Source: Escherichia coli
GTDB lineage: Bacteria > Pseudomonadota > Gammaproteobacteria > Enterobacterales > Enterobacteriaceae
DNA length: 64,000 nucleotides
NCBI RefSeq assembly: GCF_024502345.1
Contig: NZ_JALDNN010000001.1
Reading direction: 5' to 3' (one strand)
Part shown: positions 49,582 to 58,139 of the stretch, piece by piece
Layout of the letters: every line of letters starts with the position of its first letter
How positions within the stretch are numbered: the stretch's first letter is position 1
The notes under the pieces: model-generated
Database searches by the model: none
What the model was told of the DNA's origin: nothing
What the model saw: only the letters and a program-made list of their open reading frames with translations
Translations under genes and position numbers: made by a program

Positions 49582-49663
49582 CGCAGCTCTCCTCTTATTA
49601 TCCGGCCGGGGCATTCCTGTGTGCCCCAGATTCATCCGGATCCCCCCTCTGAGATTTGACCCA

Positions 49664-49885
49664 ATGACATTACTGAAAATCGTGCTCAACACCCTGCGTC
49701 AGGTGCTGACGTGGTGCGCCAGCAGCCGGGCGCAGCAGTTTGTGGAAGACCACTTCCGCGAAGAAGGCTATGACGAAGACAGTATTTACATCGCCAGACA
49801 GGCGGCAACCCTGCTCGCAGGTGCCTTAATCACAGCGCTCATGGAACAGATACTGCAGCTTATTGCCACACACTTAACCCACTGA
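49664..49885 (+). CDS. hypothetical protein (73 aa)
   Basis: ORF 49448-49885 trimmed to MTLLKIVLN. The RBS is weak. Confidence 0.35.
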   Translation: MTLLKIVLNTLRQVLTWCASSRAQQFVEDHFREEGYDEDSIYIARQAATLLAGALITALMEQILQLIATHLTH

Positions 49886-49940
49886 TGCCCTGCTCACTGA
49901 GCGGGGCATTTTGTTTTATGCCATTCATCAGGAACTGAAT

Positions 49941-50174
49941 ATGCAAGTCACTGACGATACGTCGTTACCGCCAGGGCAATTCACCCGCCGACAGGCTGAA
50001 GCCGTGGTCACGCTTTACCACAACGTCACTATAGAAGATGACCAGGGTACGCACTTTCGGCTGGTTATTCGCGACAGCGAGGGGACGTTAATCTGGCGGG
50101 CCTGGAATTTTGAAGCCAGTGCCGGGGAATGGCTTAACCGCTATCTGCTCAGCCACGGGATCCCCAAACACTGA
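49941..50174 (+). CDS. hypothetical protein (77 aa)
   Basis: ATG after AGGAA. Confidence 0.45.
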   Translation: MQVTDDTSLPPGQFTRRQAEAVVTLYHNVTIEDDQGTHFRLVIRDSEGTLIWRAWNFEASAGEWLNRYLLSHGIPKH

Positions 50175-50277
50175 CACACCACAGCTTAACCCAATAGCGA
50201 CCACACAAAAAAGCCATGCTCCCACAGGAGCATGGCTGTTTTGTTTATGCCGTTAAATCAACAATAAGGAATTTACC

Positions 50278-50673
50278 ATGAGACTAGCCAGCCGCTTTGG
50301 ACGGACAAACCAGATCCGTCGCGATCGTCCGTTAACCCGCGAAGAACTGATGCAGGTCGTTCCCAGCGTATTCAGTGCAGATCGCCACGGTTCCAGGAGC
50401 GAAAAATACGCTTACATACCCACCATTACTCTGCTCGAAAATCTTCAACGCGAAGGCTTTGAACCCTTCTTCGCCTGCCAGTCACGCGTACGCGACCCTG
50501 ACCGCCGGGAGCACACCAAACATCTGCTGCGCCATCTTTGTAGACCGGAGAATGATGTTTGGATGAAAGCGAGTTTTGGTACCCTCATCATTGAGGGTAC
50601 CAACAGCAAAATACTCGGCGAATGCTATTGTCTAAGCACAGCGCCAAGCCTTAGCGGCACGAATAGTTGTTAA
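50278..50673 (+). pseudogene. DUF932 (YfjQ/YafZ-like) gene truncated after about 85 codons by the incoming AT-richer block
   Basis: MRLASRFGRTNQIRRDRPLTREELM...FFACQSRVRDPDRREHTKHLLR matches the family N-terminus by recall. After about 50532 the sequence is unrelated and the frame runs to a chance stop. Confidence 0.7.
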
Positions 50674-50675
50674 CC

Positions 50676-53414
50676 TTACTCAGCTTTAGCAAACTGCTGG
50701 GTGAAGTAAGCCAATGAATTAGCTTCTTTTACGGCATCATGCGGAATGAGTAAGTATTTCCAAGGTTTGCCACCGTGCTGTGCAAGGTATTCACTGGCAT
50801 GACTACACCATTTCACACCACTGCGGGCTTTTTCGGTGACTTCCTCATTCCAACTGCCGTCTTGGTTTTGATGTTGAGTACTTTTAGTTTCAATCATCAA
50901 TACATAGTCGGCGGTTTCAGCAACGAAATCCGGCACGTATTCAGGATGCTCGCTACCGCGTTTGTAGTACATCTTGAATTGGCCTTTGGCAGGCTTAAAC
51001 CACTTCTCGCAGTCGCGTTCTAAAATCACCGCAAAACGGCGCTCAGTGTCTGAATCAAACTTTTGCAATGGGTATAGACAACGGCTAAAGCCGCCAAAGA
51101 GCATTTGTTTGATGCGACTGACATCGCGTACTGTATCACGGTAGCTTTGCACCGGCTGGTCTTGCGCTATGGTGTAAGCGCAGTCACGTAAGGTACTAAA
51201 GCCACTGCGTACATCGACGACGTACTCGGTTGCTTCTTCAAAGAAGTGGTTGTTCAGTTGCGCATGAATTAACTTCGCAATCGCATCACTCTGGTTTTGC
51301 AGAATGTTCTCAACCACATCGTCGTCGTTTTCAGCGGCCAGTGTATTGACAGCTTGAGTGGCTAGGTCAAACAAAAGTTCAGCTTGCTCGTCGTAAGGAA
51401 TATCGTCGTAATCGAACAGCTTCTTCAAAATATAGTTTTGTTTCACCGGCTCGTAGTTGCCCGAATCGCCTTCGCCACGAATGGTTTGGTGATTGTCTTG
51501 CAGGCTTTGTTGAATCAGAGTTCGGTCGATAGGTTTTAAACCTTTAATGGCAGCAATGTCCAAATCGAACGGGTGATAGCCGGTACGTACTTCACCTGAT
51601 GGTGAAACAATAATACGCGGAATATCTATGGTGTTATCCACCGTGAGCTGGGTGACTTGCTCAACAATCGCCGCAATATCCACCGATTCTTCAGTAAATA
51701 GCTCCCGTTGCTCTTGGGTTAACTGAGCTTTTACTTGTTCGGTGATCTGTGCTTTTACCTCAGTCGTTAACAATGCTTTGCTGGTCGGCGCATCGGTAGG
51801 GCGTGTTTGATATTGCTTGATCACGTCCAATGCAGCGCGGGCAACGGTTTGTTGGTTAGGCGTGGTATAAGTGGCTTTAGGTTCTTGTACCTCACGGTTA
51901 CCGTCTGCACCGGTTGCGGTTACACCTGAACCAGTCAGTTGCTGCTCTAGGTTCGATTTAACCTGCACACTTTGTTTGGTTACATCGTCTTCTGGGCGAT
52001 CTAATACGCGTGTTTTCAGGCGCAGTGGGTTATTCGGGTCGTTAGCCTCATCAACAATTTCTTGGAATTTGTCGTGCGCAACAATGCTCAGCGTATCGAC
52101 GGCTTCAACACCTGTACGTTTGCCATAAGGTAAACGCAAACCACGGCCAATTGACTGTTCAATTAGGGTTCTGGCGTTGGCTGCACGTAGTGGCACAATG
52201 GTGTACAGGTTAGTAACGTCCCAACCTTCTTTCAGCATGTTAACGTGAATGACGATCTCGGTTGGCTCATCGACATGCTCAACATTGAGCAGTGCTTGAA
52301 TAGTTTCTTCTTCTTTTTTACTGCTATCCACTTGAATGACTTTGCCACGGTAGCGGCCGTCAAACACTGTTTCAAGTTTGGTTAAAAGCTCTGCTGCATG
52401 CGTGGTATCACGGGCAATCACCAACATAAAAGGCTTAACTAACTTAGCATCGTTTTCATGTGCATAAGTGATTAAATCCACCTTGGTTTGCTCATGTAAA
52501 CGAATACCGTCCATTAACTTAATGGTTTCTAGTTCGTCTTTATCATATTGGCTGGCATCAAAGTTACGCTGAGTAACAACGGCAGGCTCTTTAACAAAAC
52601 CATCATCCATGGCACAGGCCAATGGGTAATCAATCACCACATTTTTAAAGTGCACAGGGCCACGACTTGATTCGGTAAATGGTGTGGCCGTTAGCTCTAA
52701 TGCGAATAGTGGATTAAGCTCATTGAGCGCACGCATACCGGCATCGGCACGATAGCGATGCGATTCGTCCATCAGCAGCACTAAGTCAGGTAAGTTCGAT
52801 AGATACTCAAAGTAGCTTTCGCCTAGGGTTTCCGCTAAACGCTTAATACGCGGGGCTTTGCCTCCACGTACTTCGGTGTTAATTTTCGCGATGTTAAACA
52901 CATTGATCCGAACCGAACCAAATAGATCGCCCATGACTTGTGCGCCGCGGCTCTCATAGTTATCACCGGTGATCACTTCTGGCGGTGCTAGCACAAAATC
53001 GGTAATGCCTTTAAACACGTACTTCGGTGAGGCGGGCGAGAAATCGCTGATCAGCTTTTCATAAATAGTCAGGTTAGGTGCCAACACAAAATAATTGCGA
53101 ATGCCATGTACCTGATACAAATAGGTAATAAACGCCCCCATCAAACGGGTTTTACCTACACCTGTTGCCAAGGCAAAACACAGTGAAGGAAAGTCACGTT
53201 CAAAATCGCTGAGCTTAGGAAACTGCGCTTTTAAGGTTTCTAATAGCTCCGGCACATCGCGTTTTGGGTTCAGTAGTTTGTGCTCAGAAGCACTAATCGC
53301 CACTGCCAACGCACGCAGCGAATCTTGCTGCGGCTGGCGTAAGCTTAAACGGCCAATAATATTATTAATGGCACGTAATTGGTCGGGTTTTAAGCTTGAT
53401 AAATCCATGGTCAT
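50676..53414 (-). CDS. res: Type III restriction enzyme Res subunit (SF2 helicase plus C-terminal PD-ExK nuclease)
   Basis: ATGVGKT, MDESHRY, TATP and C-terminal PDF...IETK. Confidence 0.85.
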   Translation of the reverse strand: MTMDLSSLKPDQLRAINNIIGRLSLRQPQQDSLRALAVAISASEHKLLNPKRDVPELLETLKAQFPKLSDFERDFPSLCFALATGVGKTRLMGAFITYLYQVHGIRNYFVLAPNLTIYEKLISDFSPASPKYVFKGITDFVLAPPEVITGDNYESRGAQVMGDLFGSVRINVFNIAKINTEVRGGKAPRIKRLAETLGESYFEYLSNLPDLVLLMDESHRYRADAGMRALNELNPLFALELTATPFTESSRGPVHFKNVVIDYPLACAMDDGFVKEPAVVTQRNFDASQYDKDELETIKLMDGIRLHEQTKVDLITYAHENDAKLVKPFMLVIARDTTHAAELLTKLETVFDGRYRGKVIQVDSSKKEEETIQALLNVEHVDEPTEIVIHVNMLKEGWDVTNLYTIVPLRAANARTLIEQSIGRGLRLPYGKRTGVEAVDTLSIVAHDKFQEIVDEANDPNNPLRLKTRVLDRPEDDVTKQSVQVKSNLEQQLTGSGVTATGADGNREVQEPKATYTTPNQQTVARAALDVIKQYQTRPTDAPTSKALLTTEVKAQITEQVKAQLTQEQRELFTEESVDIAAIVEQVTQLTVDNTIDIPRIIVSPSGEVRTGYHPFDLDIAAIKGLKPIDRTLIQQSLQDNHQTIRGEGDSGNYEPVKQNYILKKLFDYDDIPYDEQAELLFDLATQAVNTLAAENDDDVVENILQNQSDAIAKLIHAQLNNHFFEEATEYVVDVRSGFSTLRDCAYTIAQDQPVQSYRDTVRDVSRIKQMLFGGFSRCLYPLQKFDSDTERRFAVILERDCEKWFKPAKGQFKMYYKRGSEHPEYVPDFVAETADYVLMIETKSTQHQNQDGSWNEEVTEKARSGVKWCSHASEYLAQHGGKPWKYLLIPHDAVKEANSLAYFTQQFAKAE

Positions 53415-53435
53415 TATAATTATCCTTATTAACCG

Positions 53436-55142
53436 TTAATCTTGCGCTGCATCGTCATCGGCAGACGCATCGTCAGTTAGGTTTGCCACGTTTAACGAAT
53501 AATCGTCCTGACCAAATTGGCACTTGTCTAAAATGGCTTTTGGCAGTTTTTTCAAGGTTAAATTGGTAAAACGACCTGGCTCGCAGCGAAATGCACCACA
53601 CATAACCAGTAAAGTTCGGTCACTGCCAACTTCTTCTGACAGCGCTTCTAATTTATCTACCGATAAGCTTTGTGTGGTGACATAAATATGATCCGTCTCG
53701 GTTGAATAACCGTGATCCCACCAATTCACTTCCGATGGCGCATAGGTAAAACCTTCCAGCTTACAAACGGCTTCGGCGAGCATTTCTGGGTTGTACTCTT
53801 TATTGATCACTTCCAAGCCAAACTTATCTTTCACAATTAAGGTCGGGGCAAGTTTGTAATAGCGGAAGCCACCGCCACCTTGCCAGTTTACAGACTTAGA
53901 AATACCACCTTGATCTTCGCCATCAATCACTTTTTGCAAGCGCGGGATAATATGGGTATGACAATGATCACCTAGCTCGACCGAGATCCAACGTCTTTTC
54001 ATCTTGTGAGCTACAGCAGCAGTAGTTCCCGAACCACCGAATGAATCAAAGACTAAATCGCCTTCTCGCGTACACATTTCGAAAATCCGCTTCAAAAGCG
54101 CTTCGGGTTTTTTTCCATTTTTGAAACTAACGCCGCCTTCATTTGCTATTCCATTCCAACTAATGTCAGTCCAAACATCAGTTATTAGTTCAGCAGGTTG
54201 CATCTCACCGTCAATTTCCAAAAGCCTATTGGAGTAAAAGACCATTTGCCTACCATTTGCGATATAAAAGCCTTCGACATCCTCATTTGGATGTACATAA
54301 ACCTTATCCCTATCTTTCTTTGACTTCTCGATAGTTTCTTTTCTCTTTATTTTAGCACCACCACCAATTGCAACGGATTGAAATACACGTTCTGCATTAT
54401 CAATTGCGAATTGTGCTAATTCATCATCAAATGTATCAGGCAGTTTTTTCTTGGCTTCTTTTGTATCTTTATAGCCATTGGCCTTTGCAAACGCATCGGC
54501 AATACCGCACCACGTCCAACTTTTATAATGGTCATCTGGGTTTAATAGATATTTGTTATATCCCGTATCATATCCTTTAGGTATATAGATTTTGTTAAGC
54601 GGTTTCTGGGTGCGATCTTTTGCGTATACAAGCAAAAAGTTTACTGTGGAGAAAACTGTGGCCCCTGTTGCCTTAAAGCCTGAAGGGTCATTTGTGGTCA
54701 TCGATATGGTATTTAACTGATTTGCACGACCAAAAATCTCGTCCATCAAAACTTTTAAATAAGCCATTTCGCAGTCATCTAAGTGAACGAATATTACTCC
54801 ATCATCACTTAGTAGATTACGAATTATTTCTAACCTATCCCTCATTAAGCCCAGCCAAATGGAATGCTCCAGACCATCATCATAGTGCTCAAAAGCACTT
54901 CCGGTATTGAATGGTGGGTCTATGTAAACACACTTCACTTTGCCTGCATATTCTTGCTCTAGCGCCTTCAATGCCAATAAGTTATCGCCAAAAATCAGTT
55001 TATTATCAAAAATATCGTTTTCGGTCACTTTTTGGCTGGCGTGATAAGACTTGCTCGGGTCTTCTAACAAAATGCGCGGCTCTAACTTTTTGCGCTCGTT
55101 TTTGCCTATCCAGGTCAGTTCTAATTTGGTTTTGCTCATCAT
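53436..55142 (-). CDS. mod: Type III-style beta-class N6-adenine DNA methyltransferase (Mod)
   Basis: YIDPPFNTG (motif IV) precedes FDSFGGSGTTAAVA (motif I). Sits immediately upstream of res. Confidence 0.85.
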   Translation of the reverse strand: MMSKTKLELTWIGKNERKKLEPRILLEDPSKSYHASQKVTENDIFDNKLIFGDNLLALKALEQEYAGKVKCVYIDPPFNTGSAFEHYDDGLEHSIWLGLMRDRLEIIRNLLSDDGVIFVHLDDCEMAYLKVLMDEIFGRANQLNTISMTTNDPSGFKATGATVFSTVNFLLVYAKDRTQKPLNKIYIPKGYDTGYNKYLLNPDDHYKSWTWCGIADAFAKANGYKDTKEAKKKLPDTFDDELAQFAIDNAERVFQSVAIGGGAKIKRKETIEKSKKDRDKVYVHPNEDVEGFYIANGRQMVFYSNRLLEIDGEMQPAELITDVWTDISWNGIANEGGVSFKNGKKPEALLKRIFEMCTREGDLVFDSFGGSGTTAAVAHKMKRRWISVELGDHCHTHIIPRLQKVIDGEDQGGISKSVNWQGGGGFRYYKLAPTLIVKDKFGLEVINKEYNPEMLAEAVCKLEGFTYAPSEVNWWDHGYSTETDHIYVTTQSLSVDKLEALSEEVGSDRTLLVMCGAFRCEPGRFTNLTLKKLPKAILDKCQFGQDDYSLNVANLTDDASADDDAAQD

Positions 55143-55196
55143 TTCTGTGCTCTTATCTTGTGTTCGTTACTTAGCGTTATTATTCTACAGCAATCG

Positions 55197-57062
55197 CTAC
55201 GCAGGTTGTGCTTGGCGATTACTCGCTTGGGTGTTTTGCCCTTGTCGGCGTTGCGCTTGCTCGGCTAAGTAACTGAATAAATTCTGGTTGTGTGGGTCGT
55301 TCGCTTGAAGGCGTTCTTGTTTTGCTACAACTGCCGGGCTTTCTGCCAAGTTTAAATGGCTAATCCACACCGTTTGCATTAAACGTGCGGTATCGCCCAA
55401 GCGTTTGAAGTATGCGTGCGGCGCACTGCCTAATACTAATGCCGTAAAACTATCAAAAAATTGCTGACGAAGTTCATCAAAAGCGTGGCTGATTAATCTT
55501 TTAAATGCCGCTTGCTCGGTAATCTCAGGAGCCGTAATAGCGCCTTCAAACTGCGCCATTAATAGCGTGGTTATGCAGTAAGTAAAATGTCGATATACCA
55601 GTTTTTCTGGGCTTGGACTACTGCGCTCTGCGTTTGTACATAAGACTTGAATAGCCAGATAGCAGTTCACCGCGTTAATGGCGACGGCCCCCTGTAAATC
55701 TGTACTAAAAACGGCTTGGTACTCGGCACTTTCTTGGTTAGTGAATTTGCTTGGCTCTACTTTTAGCTGATAAGGCACGCGTACATCACCGTGCATACAG
55801 GCCAATGCTTTGGCCAAGGTGTCGATAGTAATGCTGCGAATACCCGCTGCTGCGCTTTGTTGTGGGCGGTAGAGATATTCAACACCAAACATTTTCATCT
55901 CTTGGCGCAAGCGTTCTTGGGTATCATCCAGCGCGGCAAAGTTGGCTAAATCGACCGGGTTTTGCAGGTTACGCGCTTTGGTTACTTGTTTGTGAAATGC
56001 ATCGTTACCCGTGTTGATAATGGTTACCATCACTTGAGCTTGGCTGATGTCTGCATTTGGGTTTTCACGCATAAACTGTGCAGCACTAGCAATGGTTTGT
56101 GCACCGTTAACGACGGACAGGCCATCGACTGCAACATGCTTGCTACCTGTGTGGCCTCTAATATTCCCTTTTGGTTTTACTGCATTGCCAACCAGAGTAA
56201 TGCCATTGTTAAGATAAATAAAATTTTCCGGCTCATGTAAAAGGGTGTCTTTAATCGCCCTATTTACCCCACGTCTGCCAGCACCAATAAAATAGCGAAT
56301 ATTTTTCTCGTAAAGTTTACGGTCATGAGTAGTGTGCAAGGCAATTAAATCGGTTAGCTTGGCGATACCAAATACGACTTTTCGTGGTTGTTCTTGCACT
56401 CGGAACTTATATACAGCGACACGCTCGTTTACCGTATCAACCGCATGTTCACTGCGAAGAGCCTGCTCAACATCGGTGGCGGTGTATTCTTGATATTCAG
56501 GTGCGATTTGCTCTTCACCTTCATCAATCAGCTCTTGGATCGCTGGTTGTAGGTAGTTTTGTGCTTGTATGGTAATGCCATTACCTGTGTATGCGACAAG
56601 CAGTTGAATTCTTTCGCACTCGTCTAATGCGGCTTCAATATTTGCTTGAAGGTTTTGAACATTTTGATTAAAGCGGTGAAATTGCTTGTTTAAAAGTAAC
56701 TTTACACCCTCAATAAAAGCCTGTGCTTCGCCCAATTGGAATTGCGCATCTTCCTTCATTTTTGACTGTACTAAGTACAGAGTCTGATCAGCTTCGTGAT
56801 AATAAATTGCATCAATACCATGGTCTTCATAGTCGTCCACCACAGCTTTTGCTGCGGTCACTACGTCTAAATCGAATTTTTGCTGTAGTACGAATGCGCT
56901 AAAAGCCCTGGAAATTTGCTTTTTAGGTTTATCTTCTCGCCCACCTTGCCCAAGCAATGGCGGTAAATGCGGCACAAAACGCTGCTGTAGCAGTTCTTTT
57001 AATAGGGTAAGAAATTGTGGTTGTAATGCTGCCAAGTGAGTTGTCCTTATTTTTATTGCCAA
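55197..57062 (-). CDS. AIPR (abortive infection phage resistance) family protein
   Basis: [17 protein letters not shown]...NNGITLV...VVNGAQT core. The N-terminus GIDAIYY...LYLVQSK is nuclease-like. An apparent TTG start overlaps the Abi_2 stop. Confidence 0.75.
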   Translation of the reverse strand: MAIKIRTTHLAALQPQFLTLLKELLQQRFVPHLPPLLGQGGREDKPKKQISRAFSAFVLQQKFDLDVVTAAKAVVDDYEDHGIDAIYYHEADQTLYLVQSKMKEDAQFQLGEAQAFIEGVKLLLNKQFHRFNQNVQNLQANIEAALDECERIQLLVAYTGNGITIQAQNYLQPAIQELIDEGEEQIAPEYQEYTATDVEQALRSEHAVDTVNERVAVYKFRVQEQPRKVVFGIAKLTDLIALHTTHDRKLYEKNIRYFIGAGRRGVNRAIKDTLLHEPENFIYLNNGITLVGNAVKPKGNIRGHTGSKHVAVDGLSVVNGAQTIASAAQFMRENPNADISQAQVMVTIINTGNDAFHKQVTKARNLQNPVDLANFAALDDTQERLRQEMKMFGVEYLYRPQQSAAAGIRSITIDTLAKALACMHGDVRVPYQLKVEPSKFTNQESAEYQAVFSTDLQGAVAINAVNCYLAIQVLCTNAERSSPSPEKLVYRHFTYCITTLLMAQFEGAITAPEITEQAAFKRLISHAFDELRQQFFDSFTALVLGSAPHAYFKRLGDTARLMQTVWISHLNLAESPAVVAKQERLQANDPHNQNLFSYLAEQAQRRQGQNTQASNRQAQPA

Positions 57063-57982
57063 ATTGGCCGCGCTTGCCAGTCGGCTGGAAAGCCCATGCG
57101 GTCAATGTCTATTTGGTGATGATTTATCAATTGGATGAGTCGTTGCTTCCAGTGATGTTCACCACTGATCACATCCATGAGGTAGCCCAACATCACCAAG
57201 GTGTTATAAATTTTTCGTAAACGCCGGTCGCTATCGGGCAGGTTTTGCAAGCTTTGAATCAGTGCCGGTTCACCATGGCGTGGCAGTACCGTGGTTTTAA
57301 TAAAATCACGGTTCCATAGCCTAGAATGATGGGCACTTAAATTGCGCACTAGCGACAAATGCTCACAGAATGAGGTAAGAGTTTTTTCATCTAGGCCGTA
57401 GCTTTTGCTTATTACCTGGCGGTCGGCACGCAGCTTGATATTGCTGTACCAACAGGAAAGTTGCCCCATGGTTAACAGCTCAACACAGGCCCAAATAGGG
57501 GGTAGTGGCTCTTGATATTTTTGCGTAAGGTGCTTGATGAACTCTTCACGACTGCACTTTACCTCACCCGTGAGTTTGCCAAGGCTACTGGCGTATTCTA
57601 ATAAATCACCAAAGAGCTCTGGTTTTAAATGAGGGTGCGCGGTTTGGTATTTTTGGCTCAACTGATACGCAATTTGTGTGCGTAATGACACCTCAAAACG
57701 CTCGATGGCATCTAGCACTAACAAACGTAGTTCACGGTCGAAAACATATAGGCTTAGGACTTGGTCAAACTGAGTACCTGTGATAAACGTATGACTGGCA
57801 TGATCTTGCTCATAGGGCAAACAATAAGCCGCAAAACGATAGTAGTTCAGCTGTGCTAAGTAAAACTCAGCTTTCGGGACATCACTGATCACTAGGCCAC
57901 GTTGTTGCAACAAGCGTACTTGATCGCTAAAGCTTGTAGGGGGCTTGGTAAAAGCGACTTTAGGGACTGGTTTGCGGCTCAT
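57053..57982 (-). CDS. Abi_2 (AbiD/AbiF-like) abortive-infection family protein
   Basis: [10 protein letters not shown]...[16 protein letters not shown]...[10 protein letters not shown] is the Abi_2 pattern. The ATG at 57982 follows GGGAGG. Confidence 0.75.
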   Translation of the reverse strand: MSRKPVPKVAFTKPPTSFSDQVRLLQQRGLVISDVPKAEFYLAQLNYYRFAAYCLPYEQDHASHTFITGTQFDQVLSLYVFDRELRLLVLDAIERFEVSLRTQIAYQLSQKYQTAHPHLKPELFGDLLEYASSLGKLTGEVKCSREEFIKHLTQKYQEPLPPIWACVELLTMGQLSCWYSNIKLRADRQVISKSYGLDEKTLTSFCEHLSLVRNLSAHHSRLWNRDFIKTTVLPRHGEPALIQSLQNLPDSDRRLRKIYNTLVMLGYLMDVISGEHHWKQRLIQLINHHQIDIDRMGFPADWQARPIWQ

Positions 57983-58086
57983 TTGACCTCCCATGCAACA
58001 GAAGATCGAATTTTGCGGGCCCCAGAAACGAGTAACCCCTCACAGGGCGCTGATCTGACGGGTAGCGGGAGGGGTGTTGTTGCAGT

Positions 58087-58114
58087 GATCATAGCCCCAA
58101 ACTGAAAAAAGTCA
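58087..58114 (-). promoter_or_regulatory. candidate sigma70 promoter for the Abi_2-AIPR pair
   Basis: The minus strand reads TTGACT-16 nt-TATGAT in the 157-nt gap after the SNF2 gene. Confidence 0.45.
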
Positions 58115-58139
58115 ATGCTGGCGTTGAAATTGATTGTCA

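Noticed and set aside
50640-50663. Possible terminal inverted repeats of the defence block (GCCAAGCCTTAGCGGCACGAATAG versus the reverse complement of 61311-61340)
   Set aside because: Only three short blocks match (GCCAAG, CGGCA, CGAATA), with indels between them. That is too weak to distinguish from chance without statistics.
53436-55142. Searched mod (and hsdS) for simple-sequence tracts that would indicate phase variation
   Set aside because: No homopolymer or short-repeat tract of notable length was seen in mod. The only hsdS repeat is the 12-bp TAEL unit, reported separately.
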